Assembly (NCBI GenBank): GCA_965246995.1
Contig: OZ252008.1
Location: 64,993 to 128,992 of the forward strand
Direction: 5' to 3'
DNA: 64,000 nt
Source of the DNA: Vicinamibacterales bacterium
GTDB lineage: Bacteria > Acidobacteriota > Vicinamibacteria > Vicinamibacterales > UBA8438
How positions within the stretch are numbered: the first letter of the stretch is position 1; each line of letters starts with the position of its first letter. A program made the translations under genes and the position numbers. Positions 26,669 to 36,167 of the stretch are shown in pieces. The notes below the pieces were generated by a model that searched no databases, had not been told where the DNA came from, and saw only the letters and a program-made list of their open reading frames with translations.

Positions 26669-28738
26669 CTACGGATCGACGGTAATCTCCCCGACGGCCC
26701 AGGGATGATCCTCGCAGTGATAGAGAAAGGTCCCGGGATCGTCGAAGGTGACGAAGCCCCACAGTCCCGGCCCGAGCGTGTCGGTGCTCCAGCTCCCGTC
26801 GCGCGCCGCCACCGTGTGCGCCATCTCGCCGTTGTTGGTGAACCGCACGCGCGTGCCGGCGGTGACGCGGGCCCGGACCGGGTTGAAGTTGTGCTCGTCG
26901 AATGCGTAGCGCCGGCCGCCGACGGAACCTCTCGGGTTCTCGAGGAGCGTGGCGGTCTCGATCTCGTTCGTCTCACGCGGCGTAGGACCGCTCGGCTGAT
27001 CGTCCACCGGCGGGTCGGGCGACGGTTCCCCCCGCGCCGGCACCGTGCCGTCGAGCGTGAACGCCCACAGTTCGGGTCCCATCGCGATAGCGATGTACTG
27101 CGTGCCGTCCAGCGTGTAGGTAGCGGCCGGGCCGGGCCGGAGGCGCGCACCTTCTTCGCTGGTCCGGAACGCCCACCGGCGGGCGCCGGTCCGGACGTCG
27201 TACGCCTCCATCTGCCCGCCGGGCGAACCGCGGAACAACAGGCCGCCCGCCGTGACGAGCGGACCGCTGGTGCCGAGAAACGCGCTCGGCATCTCTTTCT
27301 TCCAGACGACGCGCCCGGTCCGCGTGTCGACGGCGGCCAGGATCCCGACCGCCTCAGGCAGGGTCAGATGGAACCGGGCGGTGTTCCAGACGAACGGATC
27401 CGCGAACCGGCGGGCGCGGCCGACATGCGCGCGACCCTGGGCGTAGACGTAGCCGGTTTGGGGTGAGAACGCCATCGGCGTGACCCGTACCAGCGGAATC
27501 GGCACGCCGGGCGCGACGACGGTCTGTTCGTCGACCGACGGCGGCGTATAGCTGCTGCAATTGAGCTGGAACGGCGGCGGCACGCGGTCGCGCCAGTAGG
27601 AACACTCCGGGAGGATGCTCTCGGTACGGGTCGGGAACGGCTGGGTCGGCACGGTGCGCTGCTGGTCGTCCTGCGGCACCGGCCGGTCCTCGATCGGCAG
27701 GAGCGGCTCGCCGGTCTCCCGGTTGAAGAAAAATAGGTAGCCGTCGGCCCGCATCGCGGCGACCGCCTTGACCGGTTCGCCGTCCATCGTGATGTCGTAC
27801 AGCAGCAGCGGCGTGGCGATGTCGGCGTCCCAGATATCGTGGCGCACCACCTGGTAGTGCCACCGCCGCTCGCCCGTCTCCATGTCGAGCGCGAGGACGG
27901 AAGCCGTGAACAGGTTGTCCCCGTCGCGGAGTTCGCCGCCGAACATCGGCACGGGGTTGCCGGTCGAGAAATAGACCATTCCCAGGTCCGGGTCGACCGT
28001 TCCCTGCAGCCAGACGCCACCGCCGCCGAACTGCCAACTGTCGTTGTCCTGCGGCCAGGTGTCATGGCCGAACTCGCCCGGACGCGGCACGATGAAGAAA
28101 GTCCACTCCACCTCACCGGTCCCGGCATCGAGAGCCACCACCCGGCCCTGTCCGCCGATATCACCATTCGCGATGCCGACAAACACCTTGCCGCGCGCGT
28201 ACATGGGCGCGGTCGTCACCGTCTCGCCCGGCGCCGGTGGGACCTCTCCGACCGGCGTCGCCCAGACCAGTTCGCCGTCTTCCCGATCGAGCGCGATAAC
28301 TTCCCCGCTCCGCGTGCCGAAAAAGATCCGGTCACCGCCCATCGCGACGCCTTGCCACGACGGAACCCGTCCCGCCTCGGGATCCGGCTCCCAGCGCCAG
28401 ATTGGATCGCCCGTCCGCGCATCGAACGCGAAGACGTTCGCGCCGCCGGTCAGGTAGATGACGCCGTCCTGCACCACCGTGGTCGCGCGCGACGACGCGC
28501 CGCCGGGGAGCGGGGTCACCCACGCCGCACCAAGGCGATCGACGGTGTCGGTCGCCACCGCGTCGAGGGTGGAGTAGCGCGAGCTGGACCAGTTACCGCC
28601 GGTGAAGGGCCAGTCGGTGGACGGATAGCCGCGGCCCGGATCAGGGGCCTGCCCGGCGAGGCCGCCCGCGAGCAGCAGGACCGTGATCACCGATGCCGCA
28701 ACGGCGACGATGGCGCGATAGGGTCGAGGCGTGATCAT
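26669..28738 (-). CDS. PQQ-type eight-bladed propeller dehydrogenase fused to a C-terminal amicyanin-like cupredoxin domain (paralogue A)
   Basis: ATG at 28738 is preceded by GGAGAG. After a signal anchor come propeller blocks: GGNWSSSRYSTL, VVQDGVIYLTGGANVFAFDARTGDPIWRW, GRVVALDAGTGEVEW, GGGVWLQGTVDPDLGMVYFSTGNP, NLFTASVLALDMETGERRWHYQVVRHDIWDAD, DGYLFFFNRETGEP. The C-terminal ~95 aa read RVRFTNNGEMAHTVAARDG...GTFLYHCEDHPWAVGEITVDP, which aligns with the amicyanin ligand loops (..MPHNV.. / YHCTPHPFMRGKVVVE). Confidence 0.8.
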   Translation of the reverse strand: MITPRPYRAIVAVAASVITVLLLAGGLAGQAPDPGRGYPSTDWPFTGGNWSSSRYSTLDAVATDTVDRLGAAWVTPLPGGASSRATTVVQDGVIYLTGGANVFAFDARTGDPIWRWEPDPEAGRVPSWQGVAMGGDRIFFGTRSGEVIALDREDGELVWATPVGEVPPAPGETVTTAPMYARGKVFVGIANGDIGGQGRVVALDAGTGEVEWTFFIVPRPGEFGHDTWPQDNDSWQFGGGGVWLQGTVDPDLGMVYFSTGNPVPMFGGELRDGDNLFTASVLALDMETGERRWHYQVVRHDIWDADIATPLLLYDITMDGEPVKAVAAMRADGYLFFFNRETGEPLLPIEDRPVPQDDQQRTVPTQPFPTRTESILPECSYWRDRVPPPFQLNCSSYTPPSVDEQTVVAPGVPIPLVRVTPMAFSPQTGYVYAQGRAHVGRARRFADPFVWNTARFHLTLPEAVGILAAVDTRTGRVVWKKEMPSAFLGTSGPLVTAGGLLFRGSPGGQMEAYDVRTGARRWAFRTSEEGARLRPGPAATYTLDGTQYIAIAMGPELWAFTLDGTVPARGEPSPDPPVDDQPSGPTPRETNEIETATLLENPRGSVGGRRYAFDEHNFNPVRARVTAGTRVRFTNNGEMAHTVAARDGSWSTDTLGPGLWGFVTFDDPGTFLYHCEDHPWAVGEITVDP

Positions 28739-28836
28739 GACGCTCTCCTCTCTCAGGTCTCCCGTCCGCACCACGATATACCCGAACGGTTACACTAGCC
28801 GGCGCATCAATCTTCAAGTCTGAACGGAGTCCTGTC

Positions 28837-29307
28837 ATGAAGTGTCTGCTGCTCGGTCTCGGACTCGTTCTCGCTCTGGTCACGCCGGCGTTCGCCCAGG
28901 GTCCGGCCGCGACGGTCGCCGACCTCGCGTGGATGACGGGCAACTACCAGGGCGACACCGGCAACGGGACGCTCGAGGAAAACTGGGCGGAGCCGGACGG
29001 CGGTTCCATTGCGTCGCTCGTCCGGTCGACGGCGGGTGGAGCCACCAACATGATCGAGCTCATCGTCGTGGAAGAGACGGGCAATTCGCTGACACTGCGC
29101 CTCAAGCAGTGGGATCCGGGCATGAAGCCGCGGGCCGACGGCTTCCAGGTGATGGAGCTGATCGAGATCGGCGACAAGAAGGTGCGCTTCACGAACACGG
29201 GTGAGGGCGGATTGCAGCAGCTCGGCTACAGCCTCGTCGGCGATCAGTTCACCATCTCCGTCAAGACGGCCCAGGGTGAATTCGACATTCCCCTGACCCG
29301 GCAATAG
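28837..29307 (+). CDS. Small secreted protein of unknown function (DUF6265-like by recollection)
   Basis: The signal peptide is MKCLLLGLGLVLALVTPAFAQG, followed by a ~135-aa beta-rich domain (LAWMTGNYQGD...LEENWAEPDGGSI...LTLRLKQWD...). The family name is from memory only. Confidence 0.45.
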   Translation: MKCLLLGLGLVLALVTPAFAQGPAATVADLAWMTGNYQGDTGNGTLEENWAEPDGGSIASLVRSTAGGATNMIELIVVEETGNSLTLRLKQWDPGMKPRADGFQVMELIEIGDKKVRFTNTGEGGLQQLGYSLVGDQFTISVKTAQGEFDIPLTRQ

Positions 29308-29333
29308 CCAGACTGTCGAAAGGACCACAACGG

Positions 29334-31079
29334 ATGCGTCTGCTCCCTCGACCCGTTTGCGGCGTGATCGCGGCGTGCCTGCTCGCGGGAGCGTTCGTCT
29401 CGGCACAGTCCCCCACCGACGACTACACGCCGGTCACCGAGCAGATGCTCGTCGACCCCCCGGGGGACGACTGGCTGATGTGGCGGCGCAGCTACAACCA
29501 CTGGGGTCACAGCCCCCTCGACCAGATCGACACCACTAATGTCGGTGACCTGCGCCTCGCCTGGGCGTGGACCATGGCGGAGGGCCTGCAGGAGACCACG
29601 CCGCTCGTCCACGACGGCATCATGTTCCTGGTCCAGGCGTGCGACTACGTCGAGGCGCTCGACGTTCGCGACGGCACCCGGCTGTGGGAATACCGCCGGC
29701 CGCGGGTCGAGCACGCCGCCACGCTGGCCTGCGCGAACCGCAACGGGACCCTCTACGAAGACAAGCTGTTCATCGGCACCCACGACGCCCATCTGGTGGC
29801 GCTCGACGCGCGCACCGGCGAGGTGGTGTGGGACCAGACGGTCGGCGACTGGGAGGTCGGCCAGCACTACTCCGGCGGGCCGCAGATCATCAAGGGCCGG
29901 GTGGTGGCCGGGATGTCGGGCTGTTACTACCTCAATACGCGCTGCTGGATTTCGGCCCACGACGCCGAGACCGGGGAGGAGGCGTGGCGCACCTACACGA
30001 TTCCCCGCGCCGGCGAGTTCGGCTACGACACCTGGGGTGACATCCCGGACGAGATGCGGCGCGGCGGCTCCTCATGGAATGCGCCGAGTTACGACCCCGA
30101 GCTGAATCTGATCTACGCGGGCGTCGGGGTGCCGATTCCGTGGGGCTCGGTGCAGCGCGGCACCGGCGACGGCGATGTCCTCTACACGAATTCCACCCTC
30201 GCAATCGACGCCGACACGGGCGAAATCGTGTGGTACTTCCAGCACACCCCGAACGACGAGTGGGATCTCGACCATCCGTACGCCCGGCTCATCGTCGAGA
30301 CCGAGGTGTCGCCGGACCCCGACGCGGTCGAATGGTTGAACGGCGGGATCACGCCCGGCTCGCGGCGGAAGATCGTGACCGGCATCCCGGGCAAGACGGG
30401 TATCGTCTGGGCGCTCGATGCCGCCACCGGGGCGTTCCTCTGGGCCGAGCCGACGAACCGCCAGAACGTGGTCGCCGATGTCGACGCCGAGAGCCGCCGC
30501 GTGATCCTCAACGAGGCGCTCAAGTTCCCGCAGGTCGGCGAGCCGGTCTACGTCTGTCCGAGCCTGACCGGCGGCATCAACTGGAACGCGACCGCCTACC
30601 ACCCGGGCACCAATGCCCTGTATGCGCCGACCAACAACGTCTGCATGAACATCACGCTCAACGAGTTCCGTGACCGCACGGGCTTCCACCATGGGTCGGC
30701 GGGAGCCACGCGCGAGGTGGCGCCGGACGTCGACGGGCAGGTCGGCATGCTGACGGCGATGAATATGGCGACGGGTGGAACGCTATGGGTTCATCGCCAG
30801 CGGGCCGGCATCGGCGGTTCCGTCCTGACCACCGGCGGCGGGCTGGTGTTCGTGACCGATGACGCGCGCCGCTTTCGAGCGTTCGACGCGCAGACCGGCG
30901 AGATCCTCTGGGAGCAGATCCTCAACTCGAGCGCCGGTGGCTTCCCGGTGAGCTACATGCACGACGGCGTGCAGTACGTCGCCATCGCGGCCGGAGGCGG
31001 CGTCAACTACCGGATGGTCACGCCGGAAGTCCAGCAGCCGCCGCGCGGCAACATACTCTACGTCTTCCGGCTTCGCTGA
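29334..31079 (+). CDS. PQQ-dependent dehydrogenase, eight-bladed propeller (methanol/ethanol-family-like), no fused redox domain
   Basis: A signal peptide is followed by DDWLMWRRSYNHWGHSPLDQI, TPLVHDGIMFLV, VALDARTGEVVW, ISAHDAETGEEAW, SSWNAPSYDPELNLIYAGVG, LAIDADTGEIVWYFQHTPNDEWDLD, VWALDAATGAFLW, LTAMNMATGGTLW and FRAFDAQTGEILW (repeated W-motif blades). Confidence 0.8.
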   Translation: MRLLPRPVCGVIAACLLAGAFVSAQSPTDDYTPVTEQMLVDPPGDDWLMWRRSYNHWGHSPLDQIDTTNVGDLRLAWAWTMAEGLQETTPLVHDGIMFLVQACDYVEALDVRDGTRLWEYRRPRVEHAATLACANRNGTLYEDKLFIGTHDAHLVALDARTGEVVWDQTVGDWEVGQHYSGGPQIIKGRVVAGMSGCYYLNTRCWISAHDAETGEEAWRTYTIPRAGEFGYDTWGDIPDEMRRGGSSWNAPSYDPELNLIYAGVGVPIPWGSVQRGTGDGDVLYTNSTLAIDADTGEIVWYFQHTPNDEWDLDHPYARLIVETEVSPDPDAVEWLNGGITPGSRRKIVTGIPGKTGIVWALDAATGAFLWAEPTNRQNVVADVDAESRRVILNEALKFPQVGEPVYVCPSLTGGINWNATAYHPGTNALYAPTNNVCMNITLNEFRDRTGFHHGSAGATREVAPDVDGQVGMLTAMNMATGGTLWVHRQRAGIGGSVLTTGGGLVFVTDDARRFRAFDAQTGEILWEQILNSSAGGFPVSYMHDGVQYVAIAAGGGVNYRMVTPEVQQPPRGNILYVFRLR

Positions 31080-31177
31080 AACGCGCGGCTCCGGCAGCGC
31101 GTAGTTGCTGCGGAACGCCTGGGAACGGCCCCTACCGTTGACGGACCGGGGGCTTGGGTAATACCGTATTACCTCTC

Positions 31178-31420
31178 ATGGCGACAGTCTCCTTCAAGGT
31201 CAGTGACGAGGAAGCCCGCCTGATAAGGACCCGGGCCAGGAGGGAGGGCGTCAGCGTCTCGGAGTACCTCCGGCGCCGGGCGCGTCTCGCCATGCCCGCG
31301 CCCAGCTCGCCCAGGCTTGTGCGGTGTCCGCATACGGGCGCGATGATCTTCGCCGCCCCGGAGGACCAGCCCCCGCTCACGACAGACACGGTGCAGGACC
31401 TTCTCGCGGACTTCCCGTGA
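31178..31420 (+). CDS. vapB: Ribbon-helix-helix antitoxin (VapB-like), second copy in window
   Basis: MATVSFKVSDEEARLIRTRARREGVSVSEYLRRRA is an RHH fold. The stop overlaps the PIN gene start (GTGA). Confidence 0.7.
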   Translation: MATVSFKVSDEEARLIRTRARREGVSVSEYLRRRARLAMPAPSSPRLVRCPHTGAMIFAAPEDQPPLTTDTVQDLLADFP

Positions 31421-31830
31421 AGTACCTCCTGGACGTCAACGTCCTCGTCGCATGGGGGTGGTCCGATCATGTCGCCCATGAGCAAACCGCCAAGTGGATC
31501 GCCGCTACGATGAAGCAGAGGGCCTCCCGGTTGCTGACATCGCCGATCCCGGAGCTTGGGTTCGTCCGCGTGTCGGTTCAACGCACGGCGGGACGCGTGA
31601 CGGTCAGTGCGGCGGGAGACGCGCTGGCAGGCATGCTGCGCAGCCTCGGTGCACACCATGCCTTTCTGCCCGACGACCAGCCGGCCCGCGGGTTCCCCGA
31701 GTGGTGTCGTCAGGCGTCGCGCACCACGGACGCCCACGTTCTGGAGCTAGCGAAGGCGCACGGGGCGAGACTCGCCACGCTCGACGAACGTATTCCTGGA
31801 GCGTTCCTCGTTCCCGGCTCGCGCGAGTGA
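31417..31830 (+). CDS. vapC: PIN-domain toxin (VapC-like), second copy
   Basis: GTG at 31417 gives (M)KYLLDVNVLVAWGW...ELGFVRV...TTDAHVLELAKAHGARLATLDERI, with the acidic PIN residues in the expected places. Confidence 0.75.
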   Translation: MKYLLDVNVLVAWGWSDHVAHEQTAKWIAATMKQRASRLLTSPIPELGFVRVSVQRTAGRVTVSAAGDALAGMLRSLGAHHAFLPDDQPARGFPEWCRQASRTTDAHVLELAKAHGARLATLDERIPGAFLVPGSRE

Positions 31831-31834
31831 CGCG

Positions 31835-34018
31835 CTACGGTAGCGCGTAGGCCGCCAGCGAGCCGGGGAACCCGGTCTGGATGCTGCCGACCTGCACGAC
31901 GATGTACTGCTTGCCCTCGTGCAGGTAGGTCATCATGCCGTACTGGCCGGGAGCCGGAAGCTCGACGCTCCCGCGGATCTCACCGGTGTACTTGTCGCGG
32001 CCATGCAGCATCGACGGCGCGTCGGGGACAATCTGCCGCGTCCCCTCGCTCAGGGAGCGGGTCTGCACGAGCAGGTCGCCGGTCACCATCTGAATCGAGA
32101 AGCCGGCGCCGCCGGCGTTCGGAATATCGATGCCCGCGAGCCGCGGATTGTCGCGGATCACCTGAGCCGTCTCTCCGACCGGTAGCGACCAGGCCTTCTC
32201 CCCGGTATTCATCTGGTACGCCGTGAGCTGATTGTCCATCGGCTTGTAGAGCCGCAGGCCGTCGAGGGTCGGCAGGCCCGTTACCGAAACGAACGGCTCC
32301 TGCTCGGGGGTGGGCCGGTGGAAGCCGCCCGGCAGCCACGCGGCGACCGTGGTTCCCGTGGTGGGGGTCGAATTGGGGGTGGCGCCTCCGGGGCCGGGCC
32401 GCGCGTAGTCCGGATCGTCCTCGTCGACGCCGCCGGTCGGCCGCATGAACGACCGCGCGTTGCAGGTGCGGCGATGCGAATTGAACATCATCCCGGTGCT
32501 CGGGTCGGCGACCGGCGGGTGCGGAATGACGTTGCCGCCGCCGAGGCAGCCGACGTTGTTGTAGAAGTCGTTCGTGTGGTTCTGCGGAAGTGCCGGCACA
32601 TACAGGCCGCCCACGCGGTAGTGCTCGAGGATCCTCAGTGCTTCCTGCTTCAGCTCCGGCGTGTAGTCGATGACGAATTCCTCGGTCAGGCCATTCAGCA
32701 CAATGGGGTCGACCGGCTCGGGCCGGGTCGGATACGGCTGCCGCGGCGACGTGTAGTTGCCCGGCACCTCGGTCTGGATGACCCGCCGATCCTCGATCGG
32801 CCAGATTGGCTCGCCCGTCTCCCGGTTGAAGGCGAAAACCAGTCCCTGCTTCGTGTTCTGGATCAGCGCCGGAATGGTCTCGCCGTCCACGGTCAGATCC
32901 ATCAGCATCGGCGGGGTCGGCAGGTCGTAGTTCCACTGATCGCTACGGTGGATCTGGAAGTGCCAGCGGCGCTCCCCGGTCCGGACGTCCAGCGCGAGGA
33001 CGCAGCCCCCGAACAGGTTGTCGCCCGGCCGGTGTCCCGCGTAGCTCTGGATGGTCGAGGCGTTCGTCACCAGATAGACGAGTCCGAGTTCCGGATCGGC
33101 CGACGCCGGCGCCCAGGTCGACATGTCGCCCGACCACTGCCACGCGTCGTTGTGCCACGTCTCGTGACCGAACTCGCCCGGGCGCGGGATCATGTGGAAC
33201 TTCCAGAGCACTTCACCGGTCGCCGCATCGACCCCCATCACGTCGCCCGGAACGTTCTCGATCCGCGTCTGCCCGTAACTTGGCTGATGGCCGACCAGGA
33301 CCACGACGACGCCGTTCACCACGATCGGCGGCGACGAGCTGGTCACCATCCCCAGTTCGCGCGGAATGCCGTAGCCGGGGTCGTAGCTGGCGGAACGATC
33401 CTGCCAGCGCCCCCAGTCCTCGACGAGCGGCGGGATCAGGTCCAGCCCGCCGCTCTCCGGAAACCCCTCCAGCGGGACCGCCCTTCCCCAGTTCTCGAGC
33501 GGTCGCCCCGTCTCGGCGTCGAGCGCCCAGAGGAAGAAGGCGGGGCTCGTGACGAAGATGACGCCGCGGCCGTTCACTTCCGCGTAGGCGACACCCTTGC
33601 CGTAGGCCTGACGCGGCGAGCGCAGGTGCCGGACGGTTTCCGGCTCGCGGAACGTCCAGAGTGTCTCGCCGGTCGCCGGATCGATCGCCACCACCTGCCG
33701 GCGGGGCGAGGCGACCGTGTAGAGGACGCCGTCGACGTAGATCGGCGTGGCGCGGTTGAAGTAGTCGAGATTCGGACCGAAGTTGTCTCCCCGCCAGGTC
33801 CAGGCCACCTCGAGGTCGGAGAAGTTGCCACCGTTGATCTGATCGAGCGACGAGGAACGCGTATGGCCCACGTCGCCCCCGAGGTAACGCCACTCGCCGT
33901 TCTCGGTCCCGGTCAGGCGCTGTGCCTGCGCGGTGGCCGCGGCCAGCAGCGCGACGGCGAAGACGCCGGCGAGGACTCCGATGCGGGCGGGGGTCTGCGA
34001 TCTGAAGAATCCAGGCAT
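31835..34018 (-). CDS. PQQ-type eight-bladed propeller dehydrogenase (glucose-dehydrogenase-like, soluble), 727 aa
   Basis: A signal peptide is followed by GEWRYLGGDVGHTRSSSLDQI, TPIYVDGVLYTV, VVAIDPATGETLW, LWALDAETGRPL, VMGVDAATGEVLWKF, PGEFGHETW, LVYLVTNAS, CVLALDVRTGERRWHFQIHRSDQWNYD, LVFAFNRETGEPIW and LTAYQMNTGEKAW. Confidence 0.75.
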   Translation of the reverse strand: MPGFFRSQTPARIGVLAGVFAVALLAAATAQAQRLTGTENGEWRYLGGDVGHTRSSSLDQINGGNFSDLEVAWTWRGDNFGPNLDYFNRATPIYVDGVLYTVASPRRQVVAIDPATGETLWTFREPETVRHLRSPRQAYGKGVAYAEVNGRGVIFVTSPAFFLWALDAETGRPLENWGRAVPLEGFPESGGLDLIPPLVEDWGRWQDRSASYDPGYGIPRELGMVTSSSPPIVVNGVVVVLVGHQPSYGQTRIENVPGDVMGVDAATGEVLWKFHMIPRPGEFGHETWHNDAWQWSGDMSTWAPASADPELGLVYLVTNASTIQSYAGHRPGDNLFGGCVLALDVRTGERRWHFQIHRSDQWNYDLPTPPMLMDLTVDGETIPALIQNTKQGLVFAFNRETGEPIWPIEDRRVIQTEVPGNYTSPRQPYPTRPEPVDPIVLNGLTEEFVIDYTPELKQEALRILEHYRVGGLYVPALPQNHTNDFYNNVGCLGGGNVIPHPPVADPSTGMMFNSHRRTCNARSFMRPTGGVDEDDPDYARPGPGGATPNSTPTTGTTVAAWLPGGFHRPTPEQEPFVSVTGLPTLDGLRLYKPMDNQLTAYQMNTGEKAWSLPVGETAQVIRDNPRLAGIDIPNAGGAGFSIQMVTGDLLVQTRSLSEGTRQIVPDAPSMLHGRDKYTGEIRGSVELPAPGQYGMMTYLHEGKQYIVVQVGSIQTGFPGSLAAYALP

Positions 34019-34107
34019 GATGGGTCCATTCTAGGCGCTTGCGCCGTAGAAGTTTCGCGCCAGCGAAACTTCCAACGCGCCCGCAAGGGCGCGCTAGCGG
34101 GGCACTC

Positions 34108-36167
34108 TCACGGCTCGACGGTGATCTCACCGACCGCCCACGGATGCTCCGTGCAGTGGTAAACGAACGTGCCCGGCTCGTCGAAGGTCACGACTCCCCA
34201 CGTCGCCGGGAGAAGGGCGCCGGTGGTCCAGCTCCCGTCGCGCGCCGCCACGGTGTGCGGCATCTCGCCATTGTTGACGAACCGGACGCGCGCCCCGGCC
34301 GTCACCAGGGAGCGCACCGGGTTGAACGCGTGCTCGTCAATGGCATAGCGCCGGCCGCCCACGGACCAGGAGGGGTTCTCCATGAGCGTCGCCGTCTCGA
34401 TCTCGTCGGTCGCGCGCGGGGCGGGGCCGGACGGTGCGAGGTCCGCCCAGGGATCCGCCGGCGCCTCGCCGCGTGCGGCGACGCCGCCGCCGAGGGCGAA
34501 CGCCCACAGCTCGCGACCCATCGTAATCGCGATGAACTGCTCGCCGTCGAGCTCGTACGCCGCGGCGGGCCCCGGCCGCACCCGGGCACCGGTTTGTGTC
34601 GTCTGGAAGGCCCAGACGCGCGCGCCGGTCCGCGCGTTGTAGGCCTCGACCTGGCCGCCGGGCGAGCCGCGGAACATCAGGCCGCCCGCGGTCGTGAGGG
34701 GCCGCTCGTGCCGAGCAGCGGACTCGGCACCTCCTGCTTCCACACCACCCGGTTGGTCTGCGGGTCGACGGCGGCGATGATGCCGATGGCGTCCGGCAGG
34801 CTGATGTGGCCACCGCTCGGGCGCGACAGCCACGGATCCGCGAAACGGCGGGCGCGCCCGACGTGGGCGTGCCCCTGCGCATAGATGTACCCGGTCCCCG
34901 GGCTGAAGGACATCGGCGTAACCCGCACGCGCGGAATCGGCGCGCCGGGCGCCACGACGGTGTGGCCGTCCGCCGAGGGCGGCGTGTACGTACTGCAGCT
35001 CAACTCGAACGGGGGCGGCACCCGGTCGCGCCAGAACGTGCAGTCCGGCAGGATGCTCTCGGCTCCGACGGGAAACGGCTGGGTCGGCGCGGTGTGCAGG
35101 AACGCGTCCTGGGGCACCTCTCGCTCTTCGATCGGCACGAGCGGCTCGCCGGTCTCGCGATCGAACAGGAAGAGGTAGCCGTCCGCCCGCATCGCGGCCA
35201 GCGCCTTGCGCGGCGCGCCGTCCACTTGCGCGTCGTAGAGCAGCAACGGGGTTGCGATGTCCGCGTCCCAGACGTCGTGCCGGACCACCTGGTAGTGCCA
35301 CCGCCGCTCACCGGTTTCCATGTCGAGCGCGAGCACGGAAGCGGTGAACAGGTTGTCGCCGGCCCGGATCTCGCCCCCGAACATCGGTACCGGGTTCCCG
35401 GTCGAGAAATAGACCAGACCCAGCTCGGGATCGACGGTTCCGACCAGCCAGACACCCCCGCCGCCGAGCTGCCACGTCTCGTTATCCTGCGGCCAGGTAT
35501 CGTGGCCGAACTCTCCCGGCCGCGGCACGACGAAGAACGTCCACTGCGTCTCGCCGGTCGCCGCATCCAGCGCGATGACGCGCCCCTGCCCGCCGCTGTC
35601 ACCGTTGGCCAATCCGACGAAGACCTGCCCGCGCGCATACATCGGCGCCGTGGTGACGCCCTCGCCCTCCCGTCGCGGCTCGCTGCCGACGGAAGTGATC
35701 CACGCCAGTTCCCCGGTGTCCAGGTGAAGCGCGATCACCTGCGCGCTGCGGAGGCCGGCGAAGACGAGGCCCTCTCCCAGCCCGACGCCCTGCCAGGACG
35801 GGACCATCAGCGGGTCGTCGCTCGGCGGCTGCCAGCGCCAGACCGTCTCGCCGGTCCGGGCGTCGATGGCGAACACGTTGGCCCCGGCCGTCAGGTAGAG
35901 GACGCCATCCTGCATCACTGGCGTCGCCCGCGATGCCGCGCCGCCCGGAAGGGCCATGACCCAGGCGCCGCCCAGCCGGCCGACGGTATCCAGGGTGATG
36001 TCATCGAGGGTCGTGTAGCGTGAGCTTGACCAGTTCCCTCCGACCAGCGGCCAGGCGCTGGCCGGATAGCCACTGCCGCCCTCCGGATCCTGTCCCTGCA
36101 CGCCGGGCGGCAGGACCGCGATTCCGGCCGTCAGCGCGACGGCAAGTCCCCACTGAAGTCCACGCAT
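34108..36167 (-). pseudogene. PQQ dehydrogenase::cupredoxin fusion, paralogue B, interrupted by a 1-nt frameshift
   Basis: The N-terminal 496 codons (ORF 34677..36167) and the C-terminal part (tail of ORF 34108..35301) are colinear with paralogues A and C. The frames switch at the G4 run 34698-34701; one extra G/C would restore ...GTSGPLTTAGGLMFRG.... The C-terminus reads NNGEMPHTVAARDG...YHCTEHPWAVGEITVEP. Confidence 0.8.

Noticed and set aside
27830-27870. The D-x-D signature (HDIWDAD in the three fusion paralogues, EWDLD in the 581-aa enzyme) could indicate lanthanide-dependent XoxF/PedH-type enzymes.
   Set aside because: The additional Asp two residues after the catalytic Asp is diagnostic only within the MDH/ADH clade. 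Ca-dependent membrane glucose dehydrogenases also have WDxD. These proteins lack the vicinal Cys-Cys of type I ADH/MDH and look closer to the GDH-like branch. The point cannot be decided without phylogeny or structure.
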